IMG/VR virus record: IMGVR_UViG_3300032820_000002
DNA: 56,658 nt
Direction: 5' to 3' (one strand)
Source of the DNA: an uncultured virus (IMG/VR IMGVR_UViG_3300032820_000002)
Taxonomy: Duplodnaviria > Heunggongvirae > Uroviricota > Caudoviricetes
Below, in pieces: positions 8,693-18,045 of the stretch (its first letter is position 1; every line of letters begins with the position of its first letter). The notes below the pieces were generated by a model. It was given only the letters and a program-made list of their open reading frames with translations, was not told the DNA's origin and did no database searches. Position numbers and translations under genes: made by a program.

Positions 8693-10900
8693 ATGAGCGA
8701 ATATAAAGATTATAATGACAACTTAAAAGATTTTAAAGAACTTATTAAAGTTGCTGATGTTTATGGCAAAGAAGCTAGGGACATCCAAGAAGGTTGGTTT
8801 GATGACGCATTAGATTGGGTTAAACAAACATTAGGAATTGGAGACGCTGAAGCAAAACCTATTGCAGATGCAGCAGCCAAGGCAGCAGAAAAAGCAAAAG
8901 CTGTTGATAAAAAAACTGGAGAACCAACTGGTGCAACCGATGCTGAAAGGGATGCAGGCGCAGGCGGATATGTGGCGCCGGATCAACAGCAAGGTGATCC
9001 AGCATACGTTGATGACTTTAGTGGTATGGGTGCAGCTGATGCAGCAAGAAAAGATAGAGATGCAGCTGCCAATGTAGATGATTTTAGTGGTATGCCAGAC
9101 GCAGATCAAGGCGTAGCACCAGGTACAGGTGCAAGTGGTCCTCCAGGTAGAGACTATGACCAAGGCGTAGCACCAGGTACAGGTGCAAGTGGTCCTCCAG
9201 GTAGAGACTATGACCAAGATTCAGGTGTAGCAGCTGGTACAGGTGCAAGTGGTCCTCCAGGTAGAGACTATGACCAAGATTCAGGTGTAGCAGCTGGTAC
9301 AGGTGCAAGTGGTCCTCCAGGACGTGATTATGATCAAGCACCAAGTGGTCCAAATACAGGTCCTCCAGGTAGAGATAATCAACCAGCAGAACCTTCAGGT
9401 CCAAATACAGGTCCTCCAGGTAGAGATAGTCAACCAGCAGCAGCTCCAAGTGGTCCAACTGGTGGTCCTCCAGGTAGAGATAGTCAACCAGCAGCAGCTC
9501 CAAGTGGTCCAACTGGTGGTCCTCCAGGTAGAGATAATCAACCAGCAGCAGCTCCAAGTGGTCCAACAGCAGCAGGAAAACTTGCTGGTGGTCCTCCAGG
9601 TAGAGATAATCAACCTCAAGATAGCGGTGGTAGTGTAGCATTAGATACAAAAACACCTAATTTAATGAAGGCTTATAACGATGGCGGGCAAAAGGCTTTG
9701 CCAGCTGTTAAAAATATGCAAGCTGCATTAACAAAATTAGGTCATAAAGCAGCACCAGACGGCAAGTATGGTAAAGGTACGTTTGCTGCTGTACAAGCAT
9801 TCCAAAAAGCAAATGGTTTAAAAGTTGACGGACAAGCCGGGCCAGACACAATGCAAGCAATTAAAAAAGCACTTGCAGGTGGTAGTACCGTTGGAAAACA
9901 TGTACCGTACAAAGATTTTCGACCACCAGAAGGTGGTCCTGAATCAGGTGATGGTGGTACTGGTGGCAAAGAGATACCGTACCGAGATCATCGACCACCA
10001 GAACGTGGTCCTGAATCAGGTGGTGGTGGTACTGGTGGCAAAAAGATGAAGACTTATGTTGGACCTGATAAGGATGGTGGTAGAGAGTCTATTAACTTTG
10101 GTGATTCTAATCAAATTAGTGAATCAGTATTGACACTTATGCCAGTTGCAATTGCTGCAATTGCTAAGTTTTTTGGAACACATGGTTTTAGTAAAGAAGA
10201 AGCTCAAAAAGTATTATCAGGAGCACAAAGTAAATTTGAAAAAGCACTTGCAGATGGTAGTACTGTTGGAAAACATGTACCGTACAAAGATTTTCGACCA
10301 CCAGAAGGTGGTCCTGAATCAGGTGATGGTGGTACTGGTGGCAAAGAGATACCGTACCGAGATCATCGACCACCAGAACGTGGTCCTGAATCAGGTGGTG
10401 GTGGTACTGGTGGCAAGCCGATGAAGACTTATGTTGGACCTGATAAGGATGGTGGTAGAGAGTCTGCTAATTTTAATAATTCTAATCAAGTTGATGAAGC
10501 TTCTATGAATATTTCAATGAATGGTGCAAGCGCACATGAAGTAAAAGAATTAATTGGAATTTTAAAGAATGCAGGAATGGATGATGCTGAACCAGTAGCA
10601 ATGAAGCACATAACTCCATTAGGTCCTCCCAGGGGTGCGATGGCGGCAATAGGTCCTAAATCTTCTCCTTGTGGAGGTTTAAGTGATGATTCTGCATATG
10701 AAGCTGATGAACCAGGTGAGTGGGATAATTCACCAGATGAAGAATATAAAGATGACGACTTTATGGTTCATGATCTAGCTGGCGGTCTTAATCGACCTAA
10801 GAAAGCATATGCTGCTACAGCAGGTGCTGATAACCCAATGAAAGTAGAATCTATTAAATCTCAATTGCTAAAAGCCTTAGGTAAAAAGAAAGCTTCTTAA
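8693..10900 (+). CDS. Repeat-rich low-complexity protein with a peptidoglycan-binding (PG_binding_1) domain
   Basis: VKNMQAALTKLG...DGKYGKGT..AV.AFQ..NGL.VDG.AGP.T signature; G/P-rich repeats. Confidence 0.8.
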   Translation: MSEYKDYNDNLKDFKELIKVADVYGKEARDIQEGWFDDALDWVKQTLGIGDAEAKPIADAAAKAAEKAKAVDKKTGEPTGATDAERDAGAGGYVAPDQQQGDPAYVDDFSGMGAADAARKDRDAAANVDDFSGMPDADQGVAPGTGASGPPGRDYDQGVAPGTGASGPPGRDYDQDSGVAAGTGASGPPGRDYDQDSGVAAGTGASGPPGRDYDQAPSGPNTGPPGRDNQPAEPSGPNTGPPGRDSQPAAAPSGPTGGPPGRDSQPAAAPSGPTGGPPGRDNQPAAAPSGPTAAGKLAGGPPGRDNQPQDSGGSVALDTKTPNLMKAYNDGGQKALPAVKNMQAALTKLGHKAAPDGKYGKGTFAAVQAFQKANGLKVDGQAGPDTMQAIKKALAGGSTVGKHVPYKDFRPPEGGPESGDGGTGGKEIPYRDHRPPERGPESGGGGTGGKKMKTYVGPDKDGGRESINFGDSNQISESVLTLMPVAIAAIAKFFGTHGFSKEEAQKVLSGAQSKFEKALADGSTVGKHVPYKDFRPPEGGPESGDGGTGGKEIPYRDHRPPERGPESGGGGTGGKPMKTYVGPDKDGGRESANFNNSNQVDEASMNISMNGASAHEVKELIGILKNAGMDDAEPVAMKHITPLGPPRGAMAAIGPKSSPCGGLSDDSAYEADEPGEWDNSPDEEYKDDDFMVHDLAGGLNRPKKAYAATAGADNPMKVESIKSQLLKALGKKKAS
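9104..9617 (+). repeat. In-frame tandem repeats (~51-63 bp units) encoding GPPGRD-containing peptides, 9 core copies
   Basis: Recurring GGTCCTCCAGG(T/A)(A/C)G core; units GTGASGPPGRDYDQ then PSGP.(T/G)GPPGRD.QP. Confidence 0.95.
9864..10465 (+). repeat. ~227-bp near-identical direct duplication (9864-10090 and 10239-10465)
   Basis: Both encode KAL..GSTVGKHVPYKDFRPPE...GPDKDGGRES; offset 375 bp; few substitutions. Confidence 0.95.
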
Positions 10901-10912
10901 TTTAAATACTAT

Positions 10913-11185
10913 ATGTTTTATCTTTTCGTAGCACTTTTTATAGTCAATGATGGTTTTGCAATGTTGCGGCATTATTGGGAATCTGCCGCATCATTACGTG
11001 AAACGTTAATTGATAAATTGGGGAAAACAAAATATCAAGTAATTCATAGCATTATAGATCTTATTGCAGTTATAGGTATGTTAGTATACTTTGACTATAC
11101 AAAACATATATGGATAGTTGGTTGTATTGTAGGCGTTATGATACTATGGTATATACCCATTGGATTAAGAAAGTGGCTTAAATAA
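10913..11185 (+). CDS. Small membrane protein
   Basis: About three hydrophobic segments in 90 aa. Confidence 0.65.
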   Translation: MFYLFVALFIVNDGFAMLRHYWESAASLRETLIDKLGKTKYQVIHSIIDLIAVIGMLVYFDYTKHIWIVGCIVGVMILWYIPIGLRKWLK

Positions 11186-11200
11186 TAATTAAGCATAATC

Positions 11201-11228
11201 AAATAGCGTCTTTGGACGCTATTTTTTT
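11201..11228 (+). terminator. Intrinsic terminator
   Basis: AAATAGCGTC-TTTG-GACGCTATTT followed by T run. Confidence 0.85.
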
Positions 11229-11242
11229 GAGTAAATAACAAC

Positions 11243-12823
11243 ATGTCAAAGATATTAGATGGTGTCATTACTAAAAAAGCACATCAAAGAGAAACTTTTA
11301 CTGAAGATCAAATTAAACATCTTGCTAGTTGTATGGATCCTGAATTTGGTTATTTGTATTTTTCTAAAAATTTTGCATACATTCAACACCCTATTAAAGG
11401 CAAATTATTATTTTTACCATATGAATATCAAGAAGAATTAATGCATCGACTGCATACTTACCGCTTTAATATTAATATGCTTCCTAGACAAACAGGTAAA
11501 ACCACTTGTGCCGCAGTATATTTGACTTGGTATGCAATGTTTCATCCAGATCAAACTATATTAATTGCTGCTCACAAATATATTGGTTCTCAAGAAATTA
11601 TGCAACGCATTCGTTATGTTTATGAATGTTGTCCTGACTATATACGTGCTGGTGTTATTAACTATAATAAAGGAAGTATAGAATTTGAAAATGGGTCAAG
11701 AATTGTAAGTGCTACAACAACTGGAAATACAGGACGAGGTATGAGTATATCATTATTATACTGTGATGAGTTTGCATTTGTTGCACCTAATATTGCAGAT
11801 GAATTTTGGACTTCTATTTCACCCACTCTTGCTACAGGTGGTCGTGCTATTATAACTTCTACTCCTAATTCTGATGAGGATACATTTGCTACTATTTGGA
11901 AACAAGCAGAACAAAAATATGATAGTCACGGTAATGAACAAGATATAGGTATAAACGGATTTCATTCTTTTACAGTAGGCTGGGAAGAACATCCTGATAG
12001 AGACGAAGACTGGGCAACTGAAGAAATTAAAAGAATTGGTGAGGAAAGATTTCGACGAGAGTATGGATGCGAATTTCTAGTTTATGATGAAACATTAATT
12101 AATGCTATCTACTTATCAAGTATGGAGGGAACATCACCTATTATTAATATGGGTCAAACAAAATGGTATAAAAAACCCACATCTGAACATAGTTATGTTG
12201 TTTCTTTAGATCCTAGCATGGGCACAGGTGGCGACTCTTCTGCAATACAAGTTTATGAATTACCTACATATGATCAAGTAGCAGAATGGCAACACAATAC
12301 AACACCTATACCAGGACAAATTAGAGTACTTGCAGACATTTGTAAATATATAGAATCTGAAATAAAAACAACAAATTCTATTTACTGGTCGGTTGAAAAC
12401 AACGGTATAGGAGAAGCAGCCCTTATTGTAATAAATGATTTTTTAGAAGAAAATATACCAGGATTGTTTATAAGCGAACCTATGCGTAAAGGGCATGTTA
12501 GAAAATTTAGAAAAGGATTTAATACAACACATTCTACAAAAATTTCAGCTTGCAGTCGATTAAAAACAATGATAGAAACTGATAGAATGAAAATAAATTC
12601 AAAACCTTTAATTAGTGAATTAAAAAGTTTTGTGGCTACAGGATCTAGTTATAGAGCAAAATCAGGGCAAACTGATGATTTAATTTCATCTACTCTTTTA
12701 GCAATACGAATGATGACAGTTCTAAAAGACTGGGATCCTAAAGTTTATAATACTTTTAATTTAACAGAAGTTACTGAAGATTATGAACCACCAATGCCTA
12801 TCTTCATTAGCAGCAACTATTGA
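11243..12823 (+). CDS. terL: Terminase large subunit (T4 gp17-like)
   Basis: PRQTGKTT Walker A, LLYCDEFAF Walker B, TSTPN, F.REY.CEF, nuclease SLDPS..G.D and DDL. Confidence 0.95.
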   Translation: MSKILDGVITKKAHQRETFTEDQIKHLASCMDPEFGYLYFSKNFAYIQHPIKGKLLFLPYEYQEELMHRLHTYRFNINMLPRQTGKTTCAAVYLTWYAMFHPDQTILIAAHKYIGSQEIMQRIRYVYECCPDYIRAGVINYNKGSIEFENGSRIVSATTTGNTGRGMSISLLYCDEFAFVAPNIADEFWTSISPTLATGGRAIITSTPNSDEDTFATIWKQAEQKYDSHGNEQDIGINGFHSFTVGWEEHPDRDEDWATEEIKRIGEERFRREYGCEFLVYDETLINAIYLSSMEGTSPIINMGQTKWYKKPTSEHSYVVSLDPSMGTGGDSSAIQVYELPTYDQVAEWQHNTTPIPGQIRVLADICKYIESEIKTTNSIYWSVENNGIGEAALIVINDFLEENIPGLFISEPMRKGHVRKFRKGFNTTHSTKISACSRLKTMIETDRMKINSKPLISELKSFVATGSSYRAKSGQTDDLISSTLLAIRMMTVLKDWDPKVYNTFNLTEVTEDYEPPMPIFISSNY

Positions 12824-12837
12824 TAAATACTAGTACC

Positions 12838-14319
12838 ATGAAAAACCTAAATTTTATAGCAGAAGAACTATTTAATAAGATTAGAGGGCGTTTCCCTTCA
12901 ATTACTATTGGTAATGAAAAGGGAGAGGTAACAAATGAGCCGAAAGAAGCTCGATTTTTTGATTTTGGCTTTAAAGAAGGTGAAAGGGAGTTAGGAAAAG
13001 TTAGTATTACGTTATCTAATGAAAGCGTTTCTATTATGTATAATAATGATTTTGTTACAAACGAAGATAGCCTTACTAAAAATTCATGGTATAGTTTTTT
13101 GAAGGAAATACGGGTATTTGCGAAGAAAAGAATGCTTAATTTTGACACAAGAGACATAACCAAAAATAATCTAGATAAAAGAGATTATAAATTTTTAGCT
13201 ACAAACCGCCCCGAGGATATTACAATGGAATCTAAGATGTATGGAACAACTAGAACTAGTTATCAAAATATAGGAAACGCTCGCATAGCAATACGACATT
13301 CTCAACCTGTTAATCAAGAATTAGCAGCAGGAAGAACACAAAACGTAAATGCTTTGTATATTGAAAGTAAAGAAGGCGAAAGATTTAAATATCCATATAA
13401 ACATTTGAATGGTGCAAGAGCAATGGCTATGCATGTGTCTGAAGGCGGCAAACCATTTGATGAGTTTGGCGAGCATATTGTTTCTTTGTCAGAAGAATTA
13501 TCTAACTTAAAGAAATTTAAACGATATATGAATCGAAATGCTGTAATGGCAGAAAGTCTTGCTGAATATGTAGGAATTGTAAATGAGCGTATACAAACTG
13601 TAAAGAAAACAATAGAAGGTCTCCAAAAAGAAGCAGTCTATAAAACAATGTCTGAAAACTTTGAAAAGGTAACCTTAGAAGAAGTACCTGAAGATGTAGC
13701 AGAAAATTGGATCGATCAATTAACAATACGTCAATTTAATGAGGAATTAAAAGATGTATTTCCCTACATTTATAGATTAATTGCAGAGCACACTAAAGCT
13801 GAAGAACTTAATTTTGAAGATTTAGTAAACCCAGAATTAGATACAGATTCTCAAACAAAAACAGAAAAAGTAAATAGGGCTGAAGAATCTTTTGCAAGCG
13901 AACTAGAAAAAATGATGGGGCAATTTAGCGAAGAACCGACTGACGATGTAGTAATGAAAAAGTCAGAACTTCCGTTCACAGAAGTTATTTTATCTCACTA
14001 TGATAGAGAAACAGGTAGTTTTCCAAAAGGCGAAACCGCTGTATTAACTACAATTGAAAAAGATTTTGGTGACAAATATATTGTACCTTCTAAGCAATTT
14101 ATAGAAAGATTAAACCAAACATTTGAAAATTTTAATTCATTTAATGATTTGGAAGACGAAGTAGATTTAACTCAAGAATTTCCTACATATGACCAAGTAA
14201 TGGGCGAGTTTAATTCCGAAGTAGAATATAATCAAATAGTAGATGGATTTAATCAAGACACAGAATTTGATAGAATACGTGAATTAGCAGGCTTAGATTC
14301 TAAAAAAAAAACATCATAA
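12838..14319 (+). CDS. Hypothetical late/virion protein (start refined to ATG 12838)
   Basis: Long ORF behind TAAATA (12824-12829); acidic C-terminal half ending RIRELAGL... Confidence 0.7.
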   Translation: MKNLNFIAEELFNKIRGRFPSITIGNEKGEVTNEPKEARFFDFGFKEGERELGKVSITLSNESVSIMYNNDFVTNEDSLTKNSWYSFLKEIRVFAKKRMLNFDTRDITKNNLDKRDYKFLATNRPEDITMESKMYGTTRTSYQNIGNARIAIRHSQPVNQELAAGRTQNVNALYIESKEGERFKYPYKHLNGARAMAMHVSEGGKPFDEFGEHIVSLSEELSNLKKFKRYMNRNAVMAESLAEYVGIVNERIQTVKKTIEGLQKEAVYKTMSENFEKVTLEEVPEDVAENWIDQLTIRQFNEELKDVFPYIYRLIAEHTKAEELNFEDLVNPELDTDSQTKTEKVNRAEESFASELEKMMGQFSEEPTDDVVMKKSELPFTEVILSHYDRETGSFPKGETAVLTTIEKDFGDKYIVPSKQFIERLNQTFENFNSFNDLEDEVDLTQEFPTYDQVMGEFNSEVEYNQIVDGFNQDTEFDRIRELAGLDSKKKTS

Positions 14320-14345
14320 CTGAAATTAGTCAAGATATTCAGTAT

Positions 14346-14555
14346 ATGGATAGCGACGGCAATATATCGCCCGTTAAAGTTAATCCAGACGATACTCCAG
14401 TACAACCAACTCTCAATCGACACACAGGTAAATGGACAGGAAGTTGGAGAAGGGTTGACCTCGATGCAGTGGGTACTTTAGACGGTCCAAGATATCGCTT
14501 GCCATCCGGACATATGACTAGTTACAAATCAAAATATGATAGAGCGACAAAGTAA
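14346..14555 (+). CDS. Small ORF, possibly a frameshift extension of the upstream gene
   Basis: No RBS; frame is open back to the A10 run at 14302-14311. Confidence 0.45.
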   Translation: MDSDGNISPVKVNPDDTPVQPTLNRHTGKWTGSWRRVDLDAVGTLDGPRYRLPSGHMTSYKSKYDRATK

Positions 14556-14589
14556 TTTCGTAAATTTCACTTTTTTTTAAAAAAAACAC

Positions 14590-14618
14590 TTGACATACTA
14601 AATACAAGACAGTATAAT
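14590..14618 (+). promoter_or_regulatory. Consensus sigma70 promoter with TAAATA nested in the spacer
   Basis: TTGACA-17nt-TATAAT; TAAATA at 14599-14604. Confidence 0.85.
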
Positions 14619-14674
14619 TATTATACTGTGCAAACTAGGCATAGGCACATAGGCAACATAAAGGAGGCATAACT

Positions 14675-15649
14675 ATGGCAACATTAGCAGAAATTCGAGC
14701 GAAGCTCAAAGAACAAGAATCCCGCTCAGGTGGTAATTTAACAGGCGGCGACAACGCAATTTACCCATTTTGGAATATTAAAGAAGGCGAATCAGCAACG
14801 CTTCGTTTTCTTCCTGATGGCGATGAAGAAAATACATTCTTTTGGAAAGAGCGTTTAATGATTAAATTACCCTTCCAAGGTATAAAAAACGAAACAGATT
14901 CTCGTCCAGTACAAGTTCAAGTTCCTTGTATGGAAATGTATGGAGAGTCTTGTTCAATCCTTGCTGAAGTTAGAGGTTGGTTTAAGGACTCTAACTTAGA
15001 AGACATGGGACGTAAGTATTGGAAAAAGCGTTCTTATATTTTTCAAGGATTTGTTACAAATAATCCCTTAGCAGAAGACACTACACCGGAAAATCCAATT
15101 CGTAGATTTATTATTGGTCCGCAAATTTTTCAAATTATTAAAGCGGCATTAATGGATCCTGATATGGAAGAACTTCCAACAGATTATACATCTGGTGTGG
15201 ATTTTCGACTTAATAAAACATCTAAAGGCGGATATGCTGATTATTCTACATCAAATTGGGCTCGTAGAGAGCGTCCATTAGATGATTCAGAAATGAATGC
15301 AATAAACTCTAATAATTTGTTTACTTTATCTGATTTCTTACCTAAGAAGCCAGACGAAGTATCAATTAAAGCGATGCAAGAAATGTTTGAAGCATCGGTT
15401 GATGGAGAAGCATATGATGCAGATCGTTGGAGTCAATATTATCGTCCGGCTGGTGTATCAGCACGTACAGGTGATCCTAACAAACCCGCATCAACTGTTC
15501 GACCTGTAACTGAATCAGTTGCAGAATCTAAACCTGCAGAATCTAAACCTGCAGAAGAAACTTCAACAACTACTCCTGCAGAAGAGCCGGCAAACGGCAG
15601 TAATGCACAAGACATTCTTGCAATGATTCGTGCAAGACAGTCTAATTAA
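14675..15649 (+). CDS. Single-stranded DNA-binding protein (T4 gp32-like)
   Basis: LRFLPD, CMEMYGESC, YWKKRSY, G.DF.L.K..KGGYADYSTS; precedes UvsX. Confidence 0.85.
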   Translation: MATLAEIRAKLKEQESRSGGNLTGGDNAIYPFWNIKEGESATLRFLPDGDEENTFFWKERLMIKLPFQGIKNETDSRPVQVQVPCMEMYGESCSILAEVRGWFKDSNLEDMGRKYWKKRSYIFQGFVTNNPLAEDTTPENPIRRFIIGPQIFQIIKAALMDPDMEELPTDYTSGVDFRLNKTSKGGYADYSTSNWARRERPLDDSEMNAINSNNLFTLSDFLPKKPDEVSIKAMQEMFEASVDGEAYDADRWSQYYRPAGVSARTGDPNKPASTVRPVTESVAESKPAESKPAEETSTTTPAEEPANGSNAQDILAMIRARQSN

Positions 15650-15656
15650 AAAAATA

Positions 15657-15683
15657 ATAATGGGGGATTTATTCCCCCATTAT
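15657..15683 (+). terminator. Hairpin/terminator after SSB
   Basis: ATAATGGGGGA-TTTAT-TCCCCCATTAT. Confidence 0.7.
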
Positions 15684-15702
15684 AACTTATTAAGGAGTAA
15701 TT

Positions 15703-16770
15703 ATGGCCAAACCATTTGATGTAAGCAAGTTTCGTAGAGACTTAACAAAATCTATTACAGGTATGAGTGCAGGATTTAATGATCCTACTGATTGGATTAG
15801 TACAGGGTCCTATGCACTAAATCATCTTATTAGTGGAGACTTTCATAAAGGTGTACCACTAGGTAAAGTTACTGTATTTGCAGGTGAGTCGGGTGCAGGG
15901 AAAAGTTATTTTTGTGCAGGTAACATTGTAAAACATGCACAAGATCAAGGTATATTTGTTGTACTAATTGATTCAGAAAACGCCTTAGATGAAACTTGGT
16001 TAAAAGCACTTAATGTAGATACTAGTGAAGAAAAATTACTTAAATTAAATATGAGCATGGTTGATGATGTTGCAAAAACAGTATCAACTTTTATGATCGA
16101 CTACAGGGACATGCCAGAAGACGACCGTCCTAAAGTATTATTTGTAGTAGATAGTTTGGGTATGTTACTAACACCTACTGACGTAGATCAATTTAATAAG
16201 GGTGACATGAAAGGTGACATGGGGCGTAAACCTAAAGCACTAACTGCTTTAGTTAGGAATTCTTCTAACTTATTAGGTTCTCATAATGTGGGTCTAGTGT
16301 GTACCAATCATACATATGCATCGCAAGACATGTTTGACCCAGATGATAAAATATCAGGGGGACAAGGTTTTATCTATGCTAGTTCTATTGTAGTAGCAAT
16401 GAAGAAACTTAAATTAAAAGTAGATGCTGATGGAAATAAAACTTCACAAGTACACGGTATTAGAGCGGCATGTAAAGTAATGAAAACTAGATTTGCTAAA
16501 CCGTTTGAAGGTGTACAAGTTGAGATTCCTTATGAAACAGGAATGGATCCTTATTCAGGATTAGTTGATTTATTTGAAAAGAAAAGTATATTAACTAAAC
16601 AAGGTAATCGATTAAAATATGTAGATTCTACAGGTAAAGAACATTTAGAATATAGAAAAAATTGGACAGGTGAACTACTTAATCTAGTTATGAAAGATTA
16701 TGAAAATCTTTCATCTGAGGTAAATATCCCAAATGAGGTAAATACCCCTGTTGACGAACAGGTAAACTAA
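15703..16770 (+). CDS. uvsX: UvsX/RecA-like recombinase
   Basis: ISTGS..LN..ISG, GESGAGKS, IDSENA, VVDSLG, NHTY, SGG.G..YASS. Confidence 0.92.
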   Translation: MAKPFDVSKFRRDLTKSITGMSAGFNDPTDWISTGSYALNHLISGDFHKGVPLGKVTVFAGESGAGKSYFCAGNIVKHAQDQGIFVVLIDSENALDETWLKALNVDTSEEKLLKLNMSMVDDVAKTVSTFMIDYRDMPEDDRPKVLFVVDSLGMLLTPTDVDQFNKGDMKGDMGRKPKALTALVRNSSNLLGSHNVGLVCTNHTYASQDMFDPDDKISGGQGFIYASSIVVAMKKLKLKVDADGNKTSQVHGIRAACKVMKTRFAKPFEGVQVEIPYETGMDPYSGLVDLFEKKSILTKQGNRLKYVDSTGKEHLEYRKNWTGELLNLVMKDYENLSSEVNIPNEVNTPVDEQVN

Positions 16771-16787
16771 ATTAAGGGAGTTTATAT

Positions 16788-17024
16788 ATGGATTCATTAG
16801 ACGAACGCCAAGTAATAGATATTTGGACCGTATTTAAAGAATATTTAGATAAAAAATATGTTGAAACTGCTGCCGAACGATATGTAGATTTATTAGCAGA
16901 TTTTGGTGTAATAGATGAAACTTTTCGAGAATCATTAGGTTCTGATACTGATTTAGATAATGCTATAGGTTATTATTTAGATATAGATAGTGAATTTAAT
17001 GATGAAGACGAATGGGATAACTAA
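16788..17024 (+). CDS. Small acidic hypothetical protein
   Basis: AGGGAG RBS; between uvsX and uvsY. Confidence 0.75.
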   Translation: MDSLDERQVIDIWTVFKEYLDKKYVETAAERYVDLLADFGVIDETFRESLGSDTDLDNAIGYYLDIDSEFNDEDEWDN

Positions 17025-17479
17025 TGGGATGGTATTCTGAAATAGCAAGAGATGTTTCAAAGATTTCTGATGCAATAGACTTTTTTGAAAAAGAAATAAT
17101 TGAAGCAAGACAAGAAATAAAATTAAAAGGTAATGTTGAAAAAGCGTCTGCTGAATTACCTGGAATAGTAGAACAACGATTTAGTCAATTACAAGAAATT
17201 GAAGCTATTTTAAATTATATGAATATAGAACTACGTAGGTTGCGTAGTTCTTATTTTAAAAAATATCTTGAAAATTATCAACGTGCATTGTCTAGTAGAG
17301 ATGTTGAAAAATATGTAGACGGTGAATCAGATGTAGTTGACTATGAAAAAATTATTAACGAATTTGCACTATTACGTAATAAATGGTTAGGAATCTTAAA
17401 AGGGATCGATCAGAAACAATGGCAGATAACTAATATAGTAAAGCTACGTGTAGCAGGTATGGAAGATGCTACTCTTTAA
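17024..17479 (+). CDS. uvsY: UvsY-like recombination mediator
   Basis: Helical 151 aa, EKYVDGE, K.W.I.NI.KLR.AG; uvsX synteny. Confidence 0.7.
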   Translation: MGWYSEIARDVSKISDAIDFFEKEIIEARQEIKLKGNVEKASAELPGIVEQRFSQLQEIEAILNYMNIELRRLRSSYFKKYLENYQRALSSRDVEKYVDGESDVVDYEKIINEFALLRNKWLGILKGIDQKQWQITNIVKLRVAGMEDATL

Positions 17480-17487
17480 GGAACACT

Positions 17488-18045
17488 ATGGCATATTCAA
17501 AAGAATATTTAGAACAATTAGAACTACTACACAAAAAGAAAAAAGTATTTGGCATATCTAAAAAAATACTAAAACCTGTAAAAGAACTAATTGAAGAAAA
17601 TACAATTACAAGTATTTTAGATTTTGGTGCCGGAAAGGGTTTAACTAGTCAATCTTTTAAAGAAGCATATCCTGAAATAACCATTTATACATATGACCCT
17701 GCAACCTTTCCCATAGAATTACCCGAAGAAGTAGATTTAATTTATAGTAATGATGTTTTAGAACATATAGAACCATTACTAATTGACGAAACATTACAAG
17801 ACCTTTCTAATAGAGCAACAAAATTTCAATTTCATTTAATTGCATGCCATCCTTCAAAGAAGGCGTTAAGTGATGGAAGAAATGCCCACTTAATTATTGA
17901 AAAACCTGAATGGTGGAAACAAAGGATCAAAGCACTTTCTGGTTGGAAAGTTGTTTATGAAGAAATAAAAGAATATATTGCTCATGTTAAAAAAGGGCCA
18001 CCAATTGATGTTGTTAAGTATGTTGTAATATTAAAAAAAGAATGA
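17488..18045 (+). CDS. Class I SAM-dependent methyltransferase
   Basis: ILDFGAGKG, YDP, DVLEHIEP. Confidence 0.85.
   Translation: MAYSKEYLEQLELLHKKKKVFGISKKILKPVKELIEENTITSILDFGAGKGLTSQSFKEAYPEITIYTYDPATFPIELPEEVDLIYSNDVLEHIEPLLIDETLQDLSNRATKFQFHLIACHPSKKALSDGRNAHLIIEKPEWWKQRIKALSGWKVVYEEIKEYIAHVKKGPPIDVVKYVVILKKE

Noticed and set aside
9104..9617. Regularly spaced repeats suggesting CRISPR or collagen
   Set aside because: Units are in-frame codon multiples with similar rather than unique spacers, no cas genes, and no continuous Gly-X-Y
8831..10424. Many alternate-frame and antisense ORFs
   Set aside because: Shadows of the stop-poor repeats, with no RBS or independent signal
9864..10465. 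Repeat pair as DGR template/variable region
   Set aside because: Differences are not adenine-specific, both copies lie in one ORF, and no reverse transcriptase is present
15521..15556. 15-bp tandem repeat (AESKP) in SSB
   Set aside because: Ordinary slippage in a disordered linker
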